Positions 38,808-52,448 of a stretch of DNA of 64,000 nt are shown here, one piece after another. Numbering within the stretch: position 1 is the stretch's first letter; each line of letters begins with the position of its first letter. This DNA comes from an uncultured candidate division Zixibacteria bacterium (GTDB lineage: Bacteria > Zixibacteria > MSB-5A5 > UBA10806), in the NCBI GenBank assembly GCA_963801605.1, contig CAWDFP010000006.1:1792001-1856000 (forward strand), given 5' to 3'. The notes below the pieces were generated by a model that searched no databases, was not told where the DNA came from, and saw nothing but the letters and a program-made list of their open reading frames with translations. The position numbers were made by a program, and so were the translations under genes.

Positions 38808-39338
38808 GTGAAATCGATAATGTGGTTATTTATGGCGGTAGCGACGATGCTTGTTGCGGGAACTGCGGCGGCTCAATTTAAGGTGGGCGATCAGGCTCCG
38901 GAATTTAAGCTTCCTTATGCGACTAAGGATACTATCATGTTTGACGGTATCAGCTCAAAGGATTTGGCCGGTAAGAGGTATTTATTGGCTTTTTATCCTG
39001 CCGATTGGTCGCCGGGCTGTACAAAGGAAGTATGCCGCTTCAGGGATACGATGTCAGATTTCGAAGCTCTAAAACTAACCGTACTGGGAGTGTCGGTCGA
39101 TAATCTTTTTAGCCATCGGCAATGGGCAATATATGATAACCTGAATTTCAAGCTGCTTTCCGACCAAACGCACAAACTCGGAAAGGCCATGGGTGTCTAT
39201 GATGAGGATCGAGGAGTATTTAAGCGTTCCGTTTTTGTAGTCGGCCCTGATGGTAAATTCGAATATATTAATTATAACTATTCGGTACAGGACGATAACG
39301 ATTTCAATGCATTGAAGAATGCCCTGGCAGCGAAATAG
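38808..39338 (+). CDS. Exported peroxiredoxin (AhpC/TSA, BCP/PrxQ-like)
   Basis: RBS AGGAGG + GTG; signal peptide AAA-Q; FYPADWSPGCTKEVC, GVSVD, RSVFVV. Confidence 0.88.
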   Translation: MKSIMWLFMAVATMLVAGTAAAQFKVGDQAPEFKLPYATKDTIMFDGISSKDLAGKRYLLAFYPADWSPGCTKEVCRFRDTMSDFEALKLTVLGVSVDNLFSHRQWAIYDNLNFKLLSDQTHKLGKAMGVYDEDRGVFKRSVFVVGPDGKFEYINYNYSVQDDNDFNALKNALAAK

Positions 39339-39341
39339 GGC

Positions 39342-40698
39342 TTATTCCGGTTCCGCAATATTGTACTTTTTCATTCTGTAGATAAGCACATGCCGCGGAA
39401 TTCCCAGGCGTGCGGCTGCTTTGCTCTGGTTCCATCCGGTGCTCTTGAGAGCCTCGGTAATAAGTTTGATTTCCGATGAGCTTAAAGCAGACTGGTTATC
39501 ATGAGTAACCAATTGATCTTTGCCCCCGTTATCGGTTTTAATAATCTCGGGTGGCAAATCGGATGGTGTAATTATTTTATCGTCGTTGAATATTATTACT
39601 CGCTTAATTACGTTCTCGAGCTCTCTAATATTACCCGGCCAGCGATATTGAGTTAGAAGCTCCAGAGCCTTGCGGTCGAGTGTCAATTCCCGATTGTTCG
39701 AAAACTTACGCATAAAATGATCGACTAACATAGGAATATCCTCGCGACGGTCTCTTAGCGGAGGGATATTTATGGGAATCACGTTTAGCCTGTAGAACAG
39801 ATCTTCGCGGAATTCGCCATTTTTTGTTTTGCCGGCTAAATCCTGATTGGTGGCAGCGATGACTCTGATATCCACGGCCATACTCCGATTGGACCCGACC
39901 GGCTCGACGACCTTTTCCTGCAAAACTCGCAGAAGCTTGGATTGCAGCTCGGGATGGAGGTCACCAATCTCATCCAGGAAATATGGTACCACCGTCAGCC
40001 AAAACAAATTTCCCCATCTTATCTTTCACCGCTCCCGTAAAAGCGCCAGTGACATGTCCAAAGAGTTCGCTTTCGAGAAGGTCCTTTGGGATTGCGGCGC
40101 AATTTACGGTGACTAACTGTCTGCGCGACCTGTCGCTCGATTGATGAATTGCCCTGGCTATAAGCTCCTTGCCGGTACCGGACTCTCCCGAAATCAGCAC
40201 CGTAGCGTCAGTAGCCGCTACCTTTTTTATGGTAGCGAAGATCTCCTGCATAGCCCGGGAGCTTCCAATGATTTCGGAAAATGCGTTTATGCCGTCGAGT
40301 TCGGTGCGCAACTTGAGATTCTCATCTTTGAGACGTTGAAATTCGAGTGCCTTTTCGATTGTCAGAAGCAACTCATCGCGATCAAACGGTTTGGTGATAT
40401 AATCGTAAGCTCCAAGTTTCATAGCCTCAACTGCTTTTTCAATAGTCCCAAAAGCGGTAATAAAAACGATTGGCAACTCCGGCTGGATTTTTTTGGCCTC
40501 GCCCATAAGTTCGATGCCGTTTAATCCGGGTAATTTCATGTCGCTTATTAAAAGGTGGAATTCCGTTTTGGGTAAAATCTGTAAAGCCTTCTCAGCGGTC
40601 TCGACGGCGGTAGTGTCATAGCCTTTTTGCTTTAAATTATATTCAACGATTCGTCTTTGGGATTCGTCGTCCTCAACTATTAATATTCGGCTCATCAA
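39342..40698 (-). pseudogene. Sigma54-dependent response regulator (NtrC/AtoC-like), +1 frameshift at 39979-39981 (probably an assembly error)
   Basis: REC domain, [26 protein letters not shown] joins LDEIG if one base is removed; WPGNIRELEN, Fis-type HTH. Confidence 0.88.
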
Positions 40699-41757
40699 TT
40701 ACTCCGGGTCACTTGCGGGAAAACTGATAATAAATGCGGTTCCTTTCCCAATGACGCTCTCTGCTTTAATTTTGCCGTTATGGTCGTTCACTACCGCTTT
40801 GGCAGTTGCTAAGCCAAGTCCCGTGCCTTGCGTTTTAGTAGAGAAAAATGGCTCAAAGATACGGCTCAGGTTTTCTTGAGCAATGCCCGGTCCGGTGTCG
40901 CTAATCCTCGATTCAATCCAGGGACGAGATTCAATAATTGTTTGGCTGCAACTAATATCAATTTTGCCGCCATTTGGCATGGCTTGAAGCGCATTGAGGA
41001 TAATATTGAGATATAGCTCTCGAAGCTTATCGGGATCGCCTTTTATGAGGGGAACGGTTTCGGGATTGAAAGACAAATGCACGTTGTGTTCATTGCATTG
41101 AAATTTCATCTGTTTGATTACGGATTGCAGGATTTCGTTGAGATTGATCTTTTCGGATTTGGCAGGGGCCGGCCTGGCGAATGTCAAGTAATCCTTAACG
41201 ACATTATCCAGCCGATCAACTTCCTTTTCTATTATCGATGTGAACTCTTTACGGTCTTTTTCAGGCGTGGTTTTATCTCCTAAAATTTGCACGGCTCCTT
41301 TGATTGAGCCTAAGGGGTTTTTAACCTCGTGAGCAATCGAGGCAACCATTTGGCCCATGAGTGAGAGGCGCTCTGCCTGAAGGAGACGCTTTTCTGCCTC
41401 CTCTTTTTTATTTCGGCTGGAACGTTCGCTATCGAGCAGAATTCCCGCAAAACCTCCTATAGCGAAATAAAAGGCAATCTCAGCATATTCGCCATACAGG
41501 TCGGCCGGGTCGGCAATGGGTCTTATATAGATATATAGCACCGAGAAAAGGGATATAGTCAGGGCGGTTAGGAGACCTCCTCGCAAGCCGAACCAGAAGG
41601 CCGCCAGGACTATGGGGATATAGCAGAGTCGCCCGTGGATCGCGTGCATGAGATGCGAATGCCCAAAAATCCCCATAAAGAGGAGATCATAGTAATGAAA
41701 CCCCAAAGTAGCGGCAGTAATCAATACAACAATCATCAGCTTTGAGTTTTTGTTCAT
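40699..41757 (-). CDS. Sensor histidine kinase with a His-rich membrane sensor domain
   Basis: Four N-terminal TMs incl. FHYY..GHSHLMHAIHGRLCY; AHEVKNPL, NIILNA, DTGPG, FFSTK..GTGLGL. Confidence 0.93.
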   Translation of the reverse strand: MNKNSKLMIVVLITAATLGFHYYDLLFMGIFGHSHLMHAIHGRLCYIPIVLAAFWFGLRGGLLTALTISLFSVLYIYIRPIADPADLYGEYAEIAFYFAIGGFAGILLDSERSSRNKKEEAEKRLLQAERLSLMGQMVASIAHEVKNPLGSIKGAVQILGDKTTPEKDRKEFTSIIEKEVDRLDNVVKDYLTFARPAPAKSEKINLNEILQSVIKQMKFQCNEHNVHLSFNPETVPLIKGDPDKLRELYLNIILNALQAMPNGGKIDISCSQTIIESRPWIESRISDTGPGIAQENLSRIFEPFFSTKTQGTGLGLATAKAVVNDHNGKIKAESVIGKGTAFIISFPASDPE

Positions 41758-41798
41758 TGGGTATTAATGTATAGTTTTAATGTATAATTGTCAACAAA

Positions 41799-41928
41799 AT
41801 TGTAGAATAGTCTACAATAAATATATTCAATTAAATAACCATGAACCCGATCAATAATCATAAGTCATAATGTATCAATAAGTTATATTATGATTTTTAA
41901 CCATTTGGTTTTTGGCATGTTGATTGCT
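41799..41928 (+). promoter_or_regulatory. Sigma54 promoter of cusCBA with UAS and IHF site
   Basis: ATTGTAGA-ATAG-TCTACAAT palindrome (TGT-N10-ACA) 41799-41818; TATCAATAAGTTA IHF match 41873-41885; TTGGCATGTTGATTGCT -24/-12 at 41912-41928. Confidence 0.8.
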
Positions 41929-42084
41929 TTAAAGGAAGAAAAAGGGGACTGGAAAGGGCAAATATTATACTTGCCAGAAAGAAATAAATTGGATGATGCC
42001 GATATTTATGATAGAATCCACAAAATATGTTAAATCCTTCGGAGAACGGTAGAAATGCTTAAACGGCATCGAGATGCAAAACAA

Positions 42085-43374
42085 ATGAGATATTTAATAA
42101 TAATCTTGTTATTAATGGCACCGCCGCTGATAGCTCAGGATCACGGCTTATTTGGTGATACGCTAAGCATGGAAGATGTGGTCAAATATGTGGTCAAACA
42201 TAATGACCGCGCTGCTGCCATGCGCTATATGGAAAAGGCCGAAAGTGAGAAGATCGGCCCAGCCGGCGCCTGGGATGATCCCATGCTAATGATAGGAGTA
42301 ACAGGCCTGCCGACCTCCTTAAGTTTTACCGAGGAAGATATGACCATGAAGATGATTGGCCTTAGTCAGAAGATACCATACGCCGGTCAAAGGAGATTTG
42401 AAGGCAAAGCCGCCTCATCGCAGGCCGCGGCCGCCCGAGAGAATACTCGCGAAACCGAACTTGATTTAAGTACAACAGCCCGAAATGCATATTTGAATCT
42501 ATATTACCGTCAGCAAGCGCTAAATCTCATCATCAGCCAGCGAGAGATTCAAAACGATATAGTTTCAACTGTGATCTCGAAGCTTCAGACCGATCAGGCG
42601 AGTCAGGCTGACGTTGCCGCCGCCCAGGCCGATCTCTGGCGTCTCGATGCCGATATACTGTCATCACAACAGGAAATTGACGCCTCAATAAATGATCTTT
42701 ACGCCGTTATGGGCCAGGAAAAACCGATGGGAGTTCCCAAGCTTGCCGAGCCGGACTTTAGCGCTATTCCCGCCGATTTGGATAAATGGATTGCTTCCGC
42801 CCAGGAAGATTATCCGCCTCTTAGGCGATCCCGGAATATGGCAGATAGTTATGCTTATTCTGCCTCTGCGGCGCGTAGAATGCGTTGGCCAATGCTTGAA
42901 CTGGCCGCAAGTTATGGCATCCGTCAAAATGGTGGGATTGATCCAATGACCGGTTTAACCATGCAGCGCAGAAACATGATTAGTTTTCAAGCCAATATCT
43001 CGCTTCCGATTTTCTCCGGCAGGTCGCAGGGGAAAATGGCATCATCAATGGAGGCTATGAGGCTGAGCGCCGTGGCCGAGTTGAACCAAACCTGGCGCGA
43101 TACCAAAGCCAATCTCGAAACCCTTTACTCTGGTAAGGAACGTTTGACCCAGAGCTTGAAATTATACCAGAAACGGATTATTCCGGCTGATGAGGATGCG
43201 TATCGAAGTGCCATGGTCGGATACTCAGCAAGCAGGGTGCCGTTCGTGAGTCTCTTGAATTATGCGATGAATATCTATCGTGATCGTCTGGCCGCCAATC
43301 AGATTGCTTATCAATTGGATCAAATTATGGTGCAGGCCGGGCGATATATTTCAAATCCCGATAAGTGGGAATAA
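42085..43374 (+). CDS. TolC-family outer membrane factor (CusC-like)
   Basis: Signal peptide, WDDPMLM, LSQKIPY.G, ISLPIF; first gene of an RND operon. Confidence 0.85.
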   Translation: MRYLIIILLLMAPPLIAQDHGLFGDTLSMEDVVKYVVKHNDRAAAMRYMEKAESEKIGPAGAWDDPMLMIGVTGLPTSLSFTEEDMTMKMIGLSQKIPYAGQRRFEGKAASSQAAAARENTRETELDLSTTARNAYLNLYYRQQALNLIISQREIQNDIVSTVISKLQTDQASQADVAAAQADLWRLDADILSSQQEIDASINDLYAVMGQEKPMGVPKLAEPDFSAIPADLDKWIASAQEDYPPLRRSRNMADSYAYSASAARRMRWPMLELAASYGIRQNGGIDPMTGLTMQRRNMISFQANISLPIFSGRSQGKMASSMEAMRLSAVAELNQTWRDTKANLETLYSGKERLTQSLKLYQKRIIPADEDAYRSAMVGYSASRVPFVSLLNYAMNIYRDRLAANQIAYQLDQIMVQAGRYISNPDKWE

Positions 43375-43404
43375 TCACAATAAATTTGTAGCAAGGAGTA
43401 TTTA

Positions 43405-45357
43405 ATGTCCGAAAAAAATTATGATCCCACAGAGCATGAGCCATTGCCCGAAGGCACTGAAGCGCCTCCGCCTTTGACGCATACCATGGCTATCATACGC
43501 TGGGCGATTCTTATAGCGATGTCGCTTTTCGCGCTGGGAATGATTCTTTCGTGGATCGGCTTTGCTCCCTGGGAAGCTCATGCCGATAGCACGGTTCAAT
43601 ATCACTGCCCGATGCATCCCACCTATATCTCGAATCAGCCCGGCGAATGCCCCATCTGCGGCATGAGTCTGGTTCCGATTGATAAATCGGGCAAGGAGAT
43701 CAAAGCGACTCAAGATTCGAAATCGACTAAAGCCAAAACGCCAGATAAAATTACGAAATCAACTAAAATGGCAAATATGGTTCAATACACCTGTCCAATG
43801 CATCCTGAGGTTATTACTGATAAACCGGGAAAATGCCCCAAATGCGGAATGAATCTGGTGGCGATGACTCCGGAGAAAAAATCCCAGGCGCCAAAAGAGG
43901 CGGTAATCCAGGCCGCATTATATGTATGCCCCATGGATCCGGAGGTGACATCGGATAAACCCGGTTCTTGTTCAAAATGCGGGATGGATTTGGTAAAATC
44001 GTCCGGCTCCGATTCAACTGTTGCGCCCAGTTCGATTACCACTGGCAACAATGAAAATAAACCGGCAGAAATTATATCCGCTAAATATGTTTGCCCGATG
44101 GACCCGGAGATAACATCAGACAAGCCCGGTCGATGCTCGAAGTGCGGCATGTTCTTGAAGGCTGCCGCAACTGATACCACTAAGTCAATGCCGATGCCCA
44201 ATAGCGATCCGGAAAAAACGGGAGATATCGGGGATCAGAGCATGCCGGGAATGAATATGTCGGGTTCTAAAGAAACCAGCAGTATGGGAGAAGCGCCAGT
44301 CAACGGACTGGCGCCCGTTACCATTGAGCCCGAGCGGTTGCAGCTTATTGGTGTTAAAACCGCCATGGTCGCTCGTCGGAATTTAGGCGGCGAAATTAAT
44401 ATTGTTGGTTCCGTAACACCCGACGAAACCCGGATGAAAAATATTAATGCCAGAGTTAACGGCTGGGTACAGGATCTATATGTCGATAAGACCGGCCAAT
44501 ATGTCGAGGCCGGAAAACCGTTGCTTTCGCTCTATAGCCAGGAGCTTTACCAGGCCGAACAGGATTTTATTTTGGCACGAGATGCTGCTAAAGGGAATCC
44601 CTCTGATCCGGCGCTCACTAATATGCGAAACCAAATTTATAAAGCGGCCAAAGATCGCCTAATGTTATTGGGACTTTCCGACGATCAAATTAATGAAATC
44701 GATAACTCCGATGCTCCCAGGCAGGATTTGACCCTCACGAGTCCATTTTCCGGTTTCGTAATTGAGAAAAATGTTTTGCCCGGCCAATATCTCAGTCCCG
44801 ATCAAAATTTATTCACGATCGCTGATTTGAGTAAAGTCTGGATTATGGGCGATGTTTATGAACAGGATATCTCAAGTGTTCATGTTGGTCAGAAAGCAGT
44901 TGCGCATCTTACAGCTTTCCCCGGCGAGGAATTCGAGGGAACAATCGGCTATATTTATCCTGAGCTTTCGGAGCAAACCCATACAATGAAAGTTCGTATC
45001 GAATTTGCAAATCCGGCCAATCGCATTCGTCCCGGCATGTACGCGAATGTCAACCTTGAGAGCAGCAAAGGCGAAATGCTTTCTGTGCCCAGCGATGCTG
45101 TTCTCGATGGCGGCAAAGAGCAGTATGTATTTGTTGTTCATGATCGTATTCATTTTGAGCCGCGGCTGGTAAAGATCGGCCATACCTCGGATGATTATAT
45201 CGAGATTACAAGCGGTCTTCGTGAAGGGGAGACCGTTGTTTCAAGCGCTAATTTCCTGATCGATTCTGAAAGTCGTCTAAATGCGGCAGTGGCAGGAATG
45301 TCAACAATGCCGGATATGCCCGATATGCCCAAGACGAATCAAGGGACTTCAAAATAA
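43405..45357 (+). CDS. cusB: CusB-like RND periplasmic adaptor with four heavy-metal-binding (CPM[H/D]P..C..CGM) repeats
   Basis: Four YxCPM repeats; [32 protein letters not shown]. Confidence 0.88.
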   Translation: MSEKNYDPTEHEPLPEGTEAPPPLTHTMAIIRWAILIAMSLFALGMILSWIGFAPWEAHADSTVQYHCPMHPTYISNQPGECPICGMSLVPIDKSGKEIKATQDSKSTKAKTPDKITKSTKMANMVQYTCPMHPEVITDKPGKCPKCGMNLVAMTPEKKSQAPKEAVIQAALYVCPMDPEVTSDKPGSCSKCGMDLVKSSGSDSTVAPSSITTGNNENKPAEIISAKYVCPMDPEITSDKPGRCSKCGMFLKAAATDTTKSMPMPNSDPEKTGDIGDQSMPGMNMSGSKETSSMGEAPVNGLAPVTIEPERLQLIGVKTAMVARRNLGGEINIVGSVTPDETRMKNINARVNGWVQDLYVDKTGQYVEAGKPLLSLYSQELYQAEQDFILARDAAKGNPSDPALTNMRNQIYKAAKDRLMLLGLSDDQINEIDNSDAPRQDLTLTSPFSGFVIEKNVLPGQYLSPDQNLFTIADLSKVWIMGDVYEQDISSVHVGQKAVAHLTAFPGEEFEGTIGYIYPELSEQTHTMKVRIEFANPANRIRPGMYANVNLESSKGEMLSVPSDAVLDGGKEQYVFVVHDRIHFEPRLVKIGHTSDDYIEITSGLREGETVVSSANFLIDSESRLNAAVAGMSTMPDMPDMPKTNQGTSK

Positions 45358-45400
45358 ATATGAATCGTTTCAAACTTTGGTATAATAAAGAAAACTAATA

Positions 45401-48400
45401 ATGATAAGAGCCATAATAGATTTCTGCGCCAGAAATAAGTCTGTAGTAATTATTGCTACGCTCTTTGCCATTTTTGGAGCTTATTTTTCTATTAAGAGTA
45501 TCGCGCTCGATGCCATACCCGATCTATCAGATACGCAGGTTATAATATATACCGACTGGATGGGACGCAGTCCCGATCTGGTCGAGGACCAGGTAACTTA
45601 TCCAATCGTGACCGCTCTTCTCTCGGCGCCGCATGTTACGGCGGTTCGCGGCTATTCGATGTTTGGCATGTCGTTTGTCTATGTCATTTTCGAGGATGGC
45701 ACCGATATGTACTGGGCCAGAAGCCGCGTTCTGGAGTATATGAGCCAATTCCAGGGCAAGCTTCCGCAAGGTGTATCGCCCATCCTTGGGCCGGATGCGA
45801 CATCAATCGGTTGGGTATATCAATATGCTTTGACCGATACCACGGGCCAAAACGACCTGGCCGATATCCGGACTTTTCAGGATTTCACTCTGCGATATGC
45901 GCTTTCGTCGGTGCCAGGAGTGGCGGAGGTAGCCAGTATTGGCGGTTACCAGAAGCAGTACCAGGTTGAAGTCGATCCCGATAGGTTACGCGCCTATAAT
46001 ATATCTATCGGTGATGTCACCCGCGCCATCCGCGCCAGCAATAACGATGTGGGCGGACGGGTAATCGAGATGAGCGGTCGGGAGTATTATGTTCGCGGAC
46101 GAGGTTATATGCATGATCTCGATGCTCTTCGTCAGATAAGCCTCGGCGTTGGGGAGGGTGGCACCCCGATACTTTTAGGCAGCATTGCCAAGATTAGCTA
46201 CGGACCGGATATCAGTCGCGGCGTAGGTGAACTAGATGGTATTGGTGAGTCGGTAGGCGGTATCGTTATTATGCGTCATGGCGAAAACGCTCTTGATGTC
46301 ATCAAGCGCGTTAAAGATAAAATAGCCGAATTAAAACCGAGTTTCCCCAGCGGAATGGAACTAAAGCCTGTTTATGACCGCAGCAACCTTATAAACCGCG
46401 CTATTGATACTCTGAAACATAGCTTGATCGAAGAAGGTATTGTCGTCGCTCTCGTGATTTTTATTTTCCTGCTGCATTTCCGAAGTTCGCTGGTGCCAAT
46501 TATCGCTCTGCCTGTTTCAGTGGGGCTGGCCTTTATCCCGATGTATTTCCTTAAAATCAATTCCAATATCATGAGTCTGGGCGGAATCGCTATCGCGATA
46601 GGAGCAATGGTTGATGCCAGCATTGTACTTGTGGAAAACGCTCATAAGCGATTGGAAAAAGCGCCAGCGGGGGTAGACCGTAAAGAGGTCATCATCGCCG
46701 CCGCCAAGGAGGTTGGCCCCGCTATATTTTTCTCGCTGCTGATTATTACTGTCGGGTTTATTCCGATTTTCGCTCTCAATGGCCAGGGTGGACGGCTTTT
46801 CAAACCGTTAGCTTACACCAAAACATTCGCCATGTTTTTTGCAGCCATCGTCTCAATTACGCTGGCTCCGGCGTTGATGACACTATTGATTCGCGGCAAA
46901 ATCAAACACGAATCGGAACATCCGGTATCGAAATTTCTGATCAAGCTTTACAAACCGTTCGTCTATGTCGCTCTTAGAAACCCCAAAACTACAATCGCCA
47001 TCGGTCTCGCTGCCATTATCGCCTCCATTCCGATGATGCCCAAGATCGGCTCGGAGTTCATGCCGCCTCTAAATGAGGGCGATATCCTTTATATGCCGAC
47101 CACCTTTCCCAATATCTCGGTCGAACAGGCCAAACAGTATATGCAGTATCAGGATCGGATTATTAAGAGTTTCCCGGAGGTAATCTCAGTCTATGGCAAA
47201 GCCGGACGAGCCGAGACCCCCACCGATCCCGCGCCGCTTTCGATGCTCGAAACCGTGGTGCAGCTAAAGCCGCGTGACCAGTGGCGCAAAGTGCAGGTGG
47301 ATCGCTGGTATTCGAGTTGGGCGCCGGAATTTTTGAAATCAATGTTACATCCGCTCTGGCCGGAGGAACGAACAATTAGCTGGCAGGAGCTATTAGATAA
47401 ATTCGATAACGCCATGAAATTTCCCGGCTGGACCAACGCCTGGACTATGCCGATTAAAACTCGAATCGATATGCTTTCGACCGGTATCAGGACACCAATT
47501 GGGGTGAAGATATTCGGAACTGATCTTAATGAGATTGAAAAGATCGGGATGCAGCTTGAAAAATCGCTTTCGAAAATCCCCAGCACCCGAAGTGTTTATT
47601 CCGAACGCAATACCGGCGGGTATTTCATCGATATTATTCCCGACCGCGAGGCGATTGCCCGTTACGGCCTGACCATGAAAGATGTGCAGGATGTTATCGA
47701 AACCGCAATAGGCGGGATGCCGATTGAGGTCACTATCGAGGGGCGAAACCGCTTTACGATCAATGTGCGCTATCCACGCGATCTAAGGCAGAATATTGAG
47801 CGTCTGAAGGAAATTCCGGTACCGCTTCCGAATGTGGCCGGAAACAGCGCGCCATCATCATCGATGGAAATGGGGAGCATAATTGGCAAAGTTTCACCGA
47901 TGCTGGCCAGCACCGATCTCGATGGAATATACAACCCCTGGGGCGATGGAGTCGAGTTGGCGCAGATGAATACCATGGGTGGTGGCTCCAGCGGAGGCGA
48001 TTCGCAAAATATGCCTGGCGGCGCACCATCAGCAGGTGGTATGCAATCTTCTCAAGCGCCATCAATGGGTAAAGGTTCGGCGCCTGCTAAGAGCTTTATC
48101 CCCGAAAACAGGCCGAATATTCCTTTGGGGCAGATTGCCGATATCAAAATTGTCACCGGCCCGCCAATGATTAAAGACGAGGCCGGGATGCTGGTCGGAT
48201 ATGTCTTTGTCGATATGGATCAGGCCAAACGCGATATCGGCGGATATGTCAATGAGGCCAAGAAAGTCGTAGCCAATGAGGTGAAAATTCCGCCAGGATA
48301 TTATCTCAAATGGACCGGCCAATATGAGCTGTTGGAGCAGATGACCGCCCGCATGAAGGTCGTGGTGCCGATCACACTCATACTGATAATAATCCTGCTC

Positions 48401-48904
48401 TATTTCAATTTCCGCAATCTGACCGAGACTTTCATTGTGCTGGCATCGGTGCCGTTCGCGCTGGTGGGAAGTATCTGGCTGATGTATTTCCTCGGATACA
48501 ACTTTTCGACCGCCACCTGGGTGGGGATAATCGCCTTGGTGGGTTTGGCGACAGAAACAGGAATTGTCATGGTGTTATACCTCGATCACGCCTATGAGCG
48601 TCGCAAGAAAGCCGGACAGATGCGCAATCTCGATGATATCATCTGGGCGCACATGGAGGGCACCGTAATGCGGGTTCGCCCCAAGCTGATGACCGTGGGA
48701 ACCACCATGATCGGCCTGGTGCCGCTGCTCTGGGCGCAGGGGACAGGCGCCGATGTTATGAAGCGAATCGCCGCTCCTATGGTGGGAGGATTGATCAGCT
48801 CGACATTTTTGACGCTTGAAATTATTCCGGTGGTATACACATACTGGCGCTATTGGCAAATTAAGCATGAGAAAGCGCCAATTGAACCGAACAAAGCCAT
48901 ATAA
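45401..48904 (+). CDS. cusA: CusA-family Cu(I)/Ag(I) RND efflux pump with a Met/Gly/Ser-rich insertion
   Basis: DAIPDLSDTQV, LYMPTT, PLSMLET, RIDMLSTG, RVRPKLMT, MKRIAAPMVGG. Confidence 0.93.
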   Translation: MIRAIIDFCARNKSVVIIATLFAIFGAYFSIKSIALDAIPDLSDTQVIIYTDWMGRSPDLVEDQVTYPIVTALLSAPHVTAVRGYSMFGMSFVYVIFEDGTDMYWARSRVLEYMSQFQGKLPQGVSPILGPDATSIGWVYQYALTDTTGQNDLADIRTFQDFTLRYALSSVPGVAEVASIGGYQKQYQVEVDPDRLRAYNISIGDVTRAIRASNNDVGGRVIEMSGREYYVRGRGYMHDLDALRQISLGVGEGGTPILLGSIAKISYGPDISRGVGELDGIGESVGGIVIMRHGENALDVIKRVKDKIAELKPSFPSGMELKPVYDRSNLINRAIDTLKHSLIEEGIVVALVIFIFLLHFRSSLVPIIALPVSVGLAFIPMYFLKINSNIMSLGGIAIAIGAMVDASIVLVENAHKRLEKAPAGVDRKEVIIAAAKEVGPAIFFSLLIITVGFIPIFALNGQGGRLFKPLAYTKTFAMFFAAIVSITLAPALMTLLIRGKIKHESEHPVSKFLIKLYKPFVYVALRNPKTTIAIGLAAIIASIPMMPKIGSEFMPPLNEGDILYMPTTFPNISVEQAKQYMQYQDRIIKSFPEVISVYGKAGRAETPTDPAPLSMLETVVQLKPRDQWRKVQVDRWYSSWAPEFLKSMLHPLWPEERTISWQELLDKFDNAMKFPGWTNAWTMPIKTRIDMLSTGIRTPIGVKIFGTDLNEIEKIGMQLEKSLSKIPSTRSVYSERNTGGYFIDIIPDREAIARYGLTMKDVQDVIETAIGGMPIEVTIEGRNRFTINVRYPRDLRQNIERLKEIPVPLPNVAGNSAPSSSMEMGSIIGKVSPMLASTDLDGIYNPWGDGVELAQMNTMGGGSSGGDSQNMPGGAPSAGGMQSSQAPSMGKGSAPAKSFIPENRPNIPLGQIADIKIVTGPPMIKDEAGMLVGYVFVDMDQAKRDIGGYVNEAKKVVANEVKIPPGYYLKWTGQYELLEQMTARMKVVVPITLILIIILLYFNFRNLTETFIVLASVPFALVGSIWLMYFLGYNFSTATWVGIIALVGLATETGIVMVLYLDHAYERRKKAGQMRNLDDIIWAHMEGTVMRVRPKLMTVGTTMIGLVPLLWAQGTGADVMKRIAAPMVGGLISSTFLTLEIIPVVYTYWRYWQIKHEKAPIEPNKAI

Positions 48905-48964
48905 CATTCGTAGTAATTACTAGATGTAACAGCAACATCGGTTGGGATACCGGGGTTGCATTGA

Positions 48965-49006
48965 AGGGGCTTGAGGTTGGTATGAACTCAAGCCCCTGAT
49001 TATTTT
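48965..49006. terminator. Hairpin terminator between convergent cusA and secA
   Basis: AGGGGCTTGAG...CTCAAGCCCCT 11-bp stem followed by a T-rich tract. Confidence 0.7.
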
Positions 49007-49030
49007 TATTGTAGATCAAGACTCTTTGAA

Positions 49031-52135
<3,105 letters not shown>

Positions 52136-52353
52136 AATTCGTCCCTTTTCTACTCTTAAGTATAATCCGCTTTATCGGACATACGAATAAAGCAGTATAT
52201 GGAGTAATATAATCTCGTTCAAGCAAAAAGTTTCAGGGGGAGTTTCAGTGGAGAGGGGGCGTAAGTTAGCCAATATCGCCCACTGTGATTGATGCCCATT
52301 GCCGCGCACTGATCACCGTACAGCAAAGCACAGCACACAACTTATAACTATTT

Positions 52354-52384
52354 ACTCAGCACTCAGTCCTCATTCCTCAGTCCT
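52354..52384. repeat. Short heptamer tandem repeat
   Basis: ACTCAGC ACTCAGT CCTCATT CCTCAGT CCT. Confidence 0.6.
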
Positions 52385-52387
52385 AAT

Positions 52388-52422
52388 AAAAAAGCCCCGG
52401 TGGCTCCCTGCCAACGAGGCTT
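52388..52422 (-). terminator. Intrinsic terminator after the Ser/Thr kinase gene
   Basis: Minus strand AAGCCTCG..TGGC..GCCA..CGGGGCTT followed by a T tract. Confidence 0.65.
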
Positions 52423-52448
52423 CCATGCAATGTCTCAAGAGAGAGACG

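Noticed and set aside
29313..48951. Shared 12-mer GGTTGGGATACC at 29313 and 48940
   Set aside because: 12-mer matches are expected by chance in 64 kb and the flanks are not colinear
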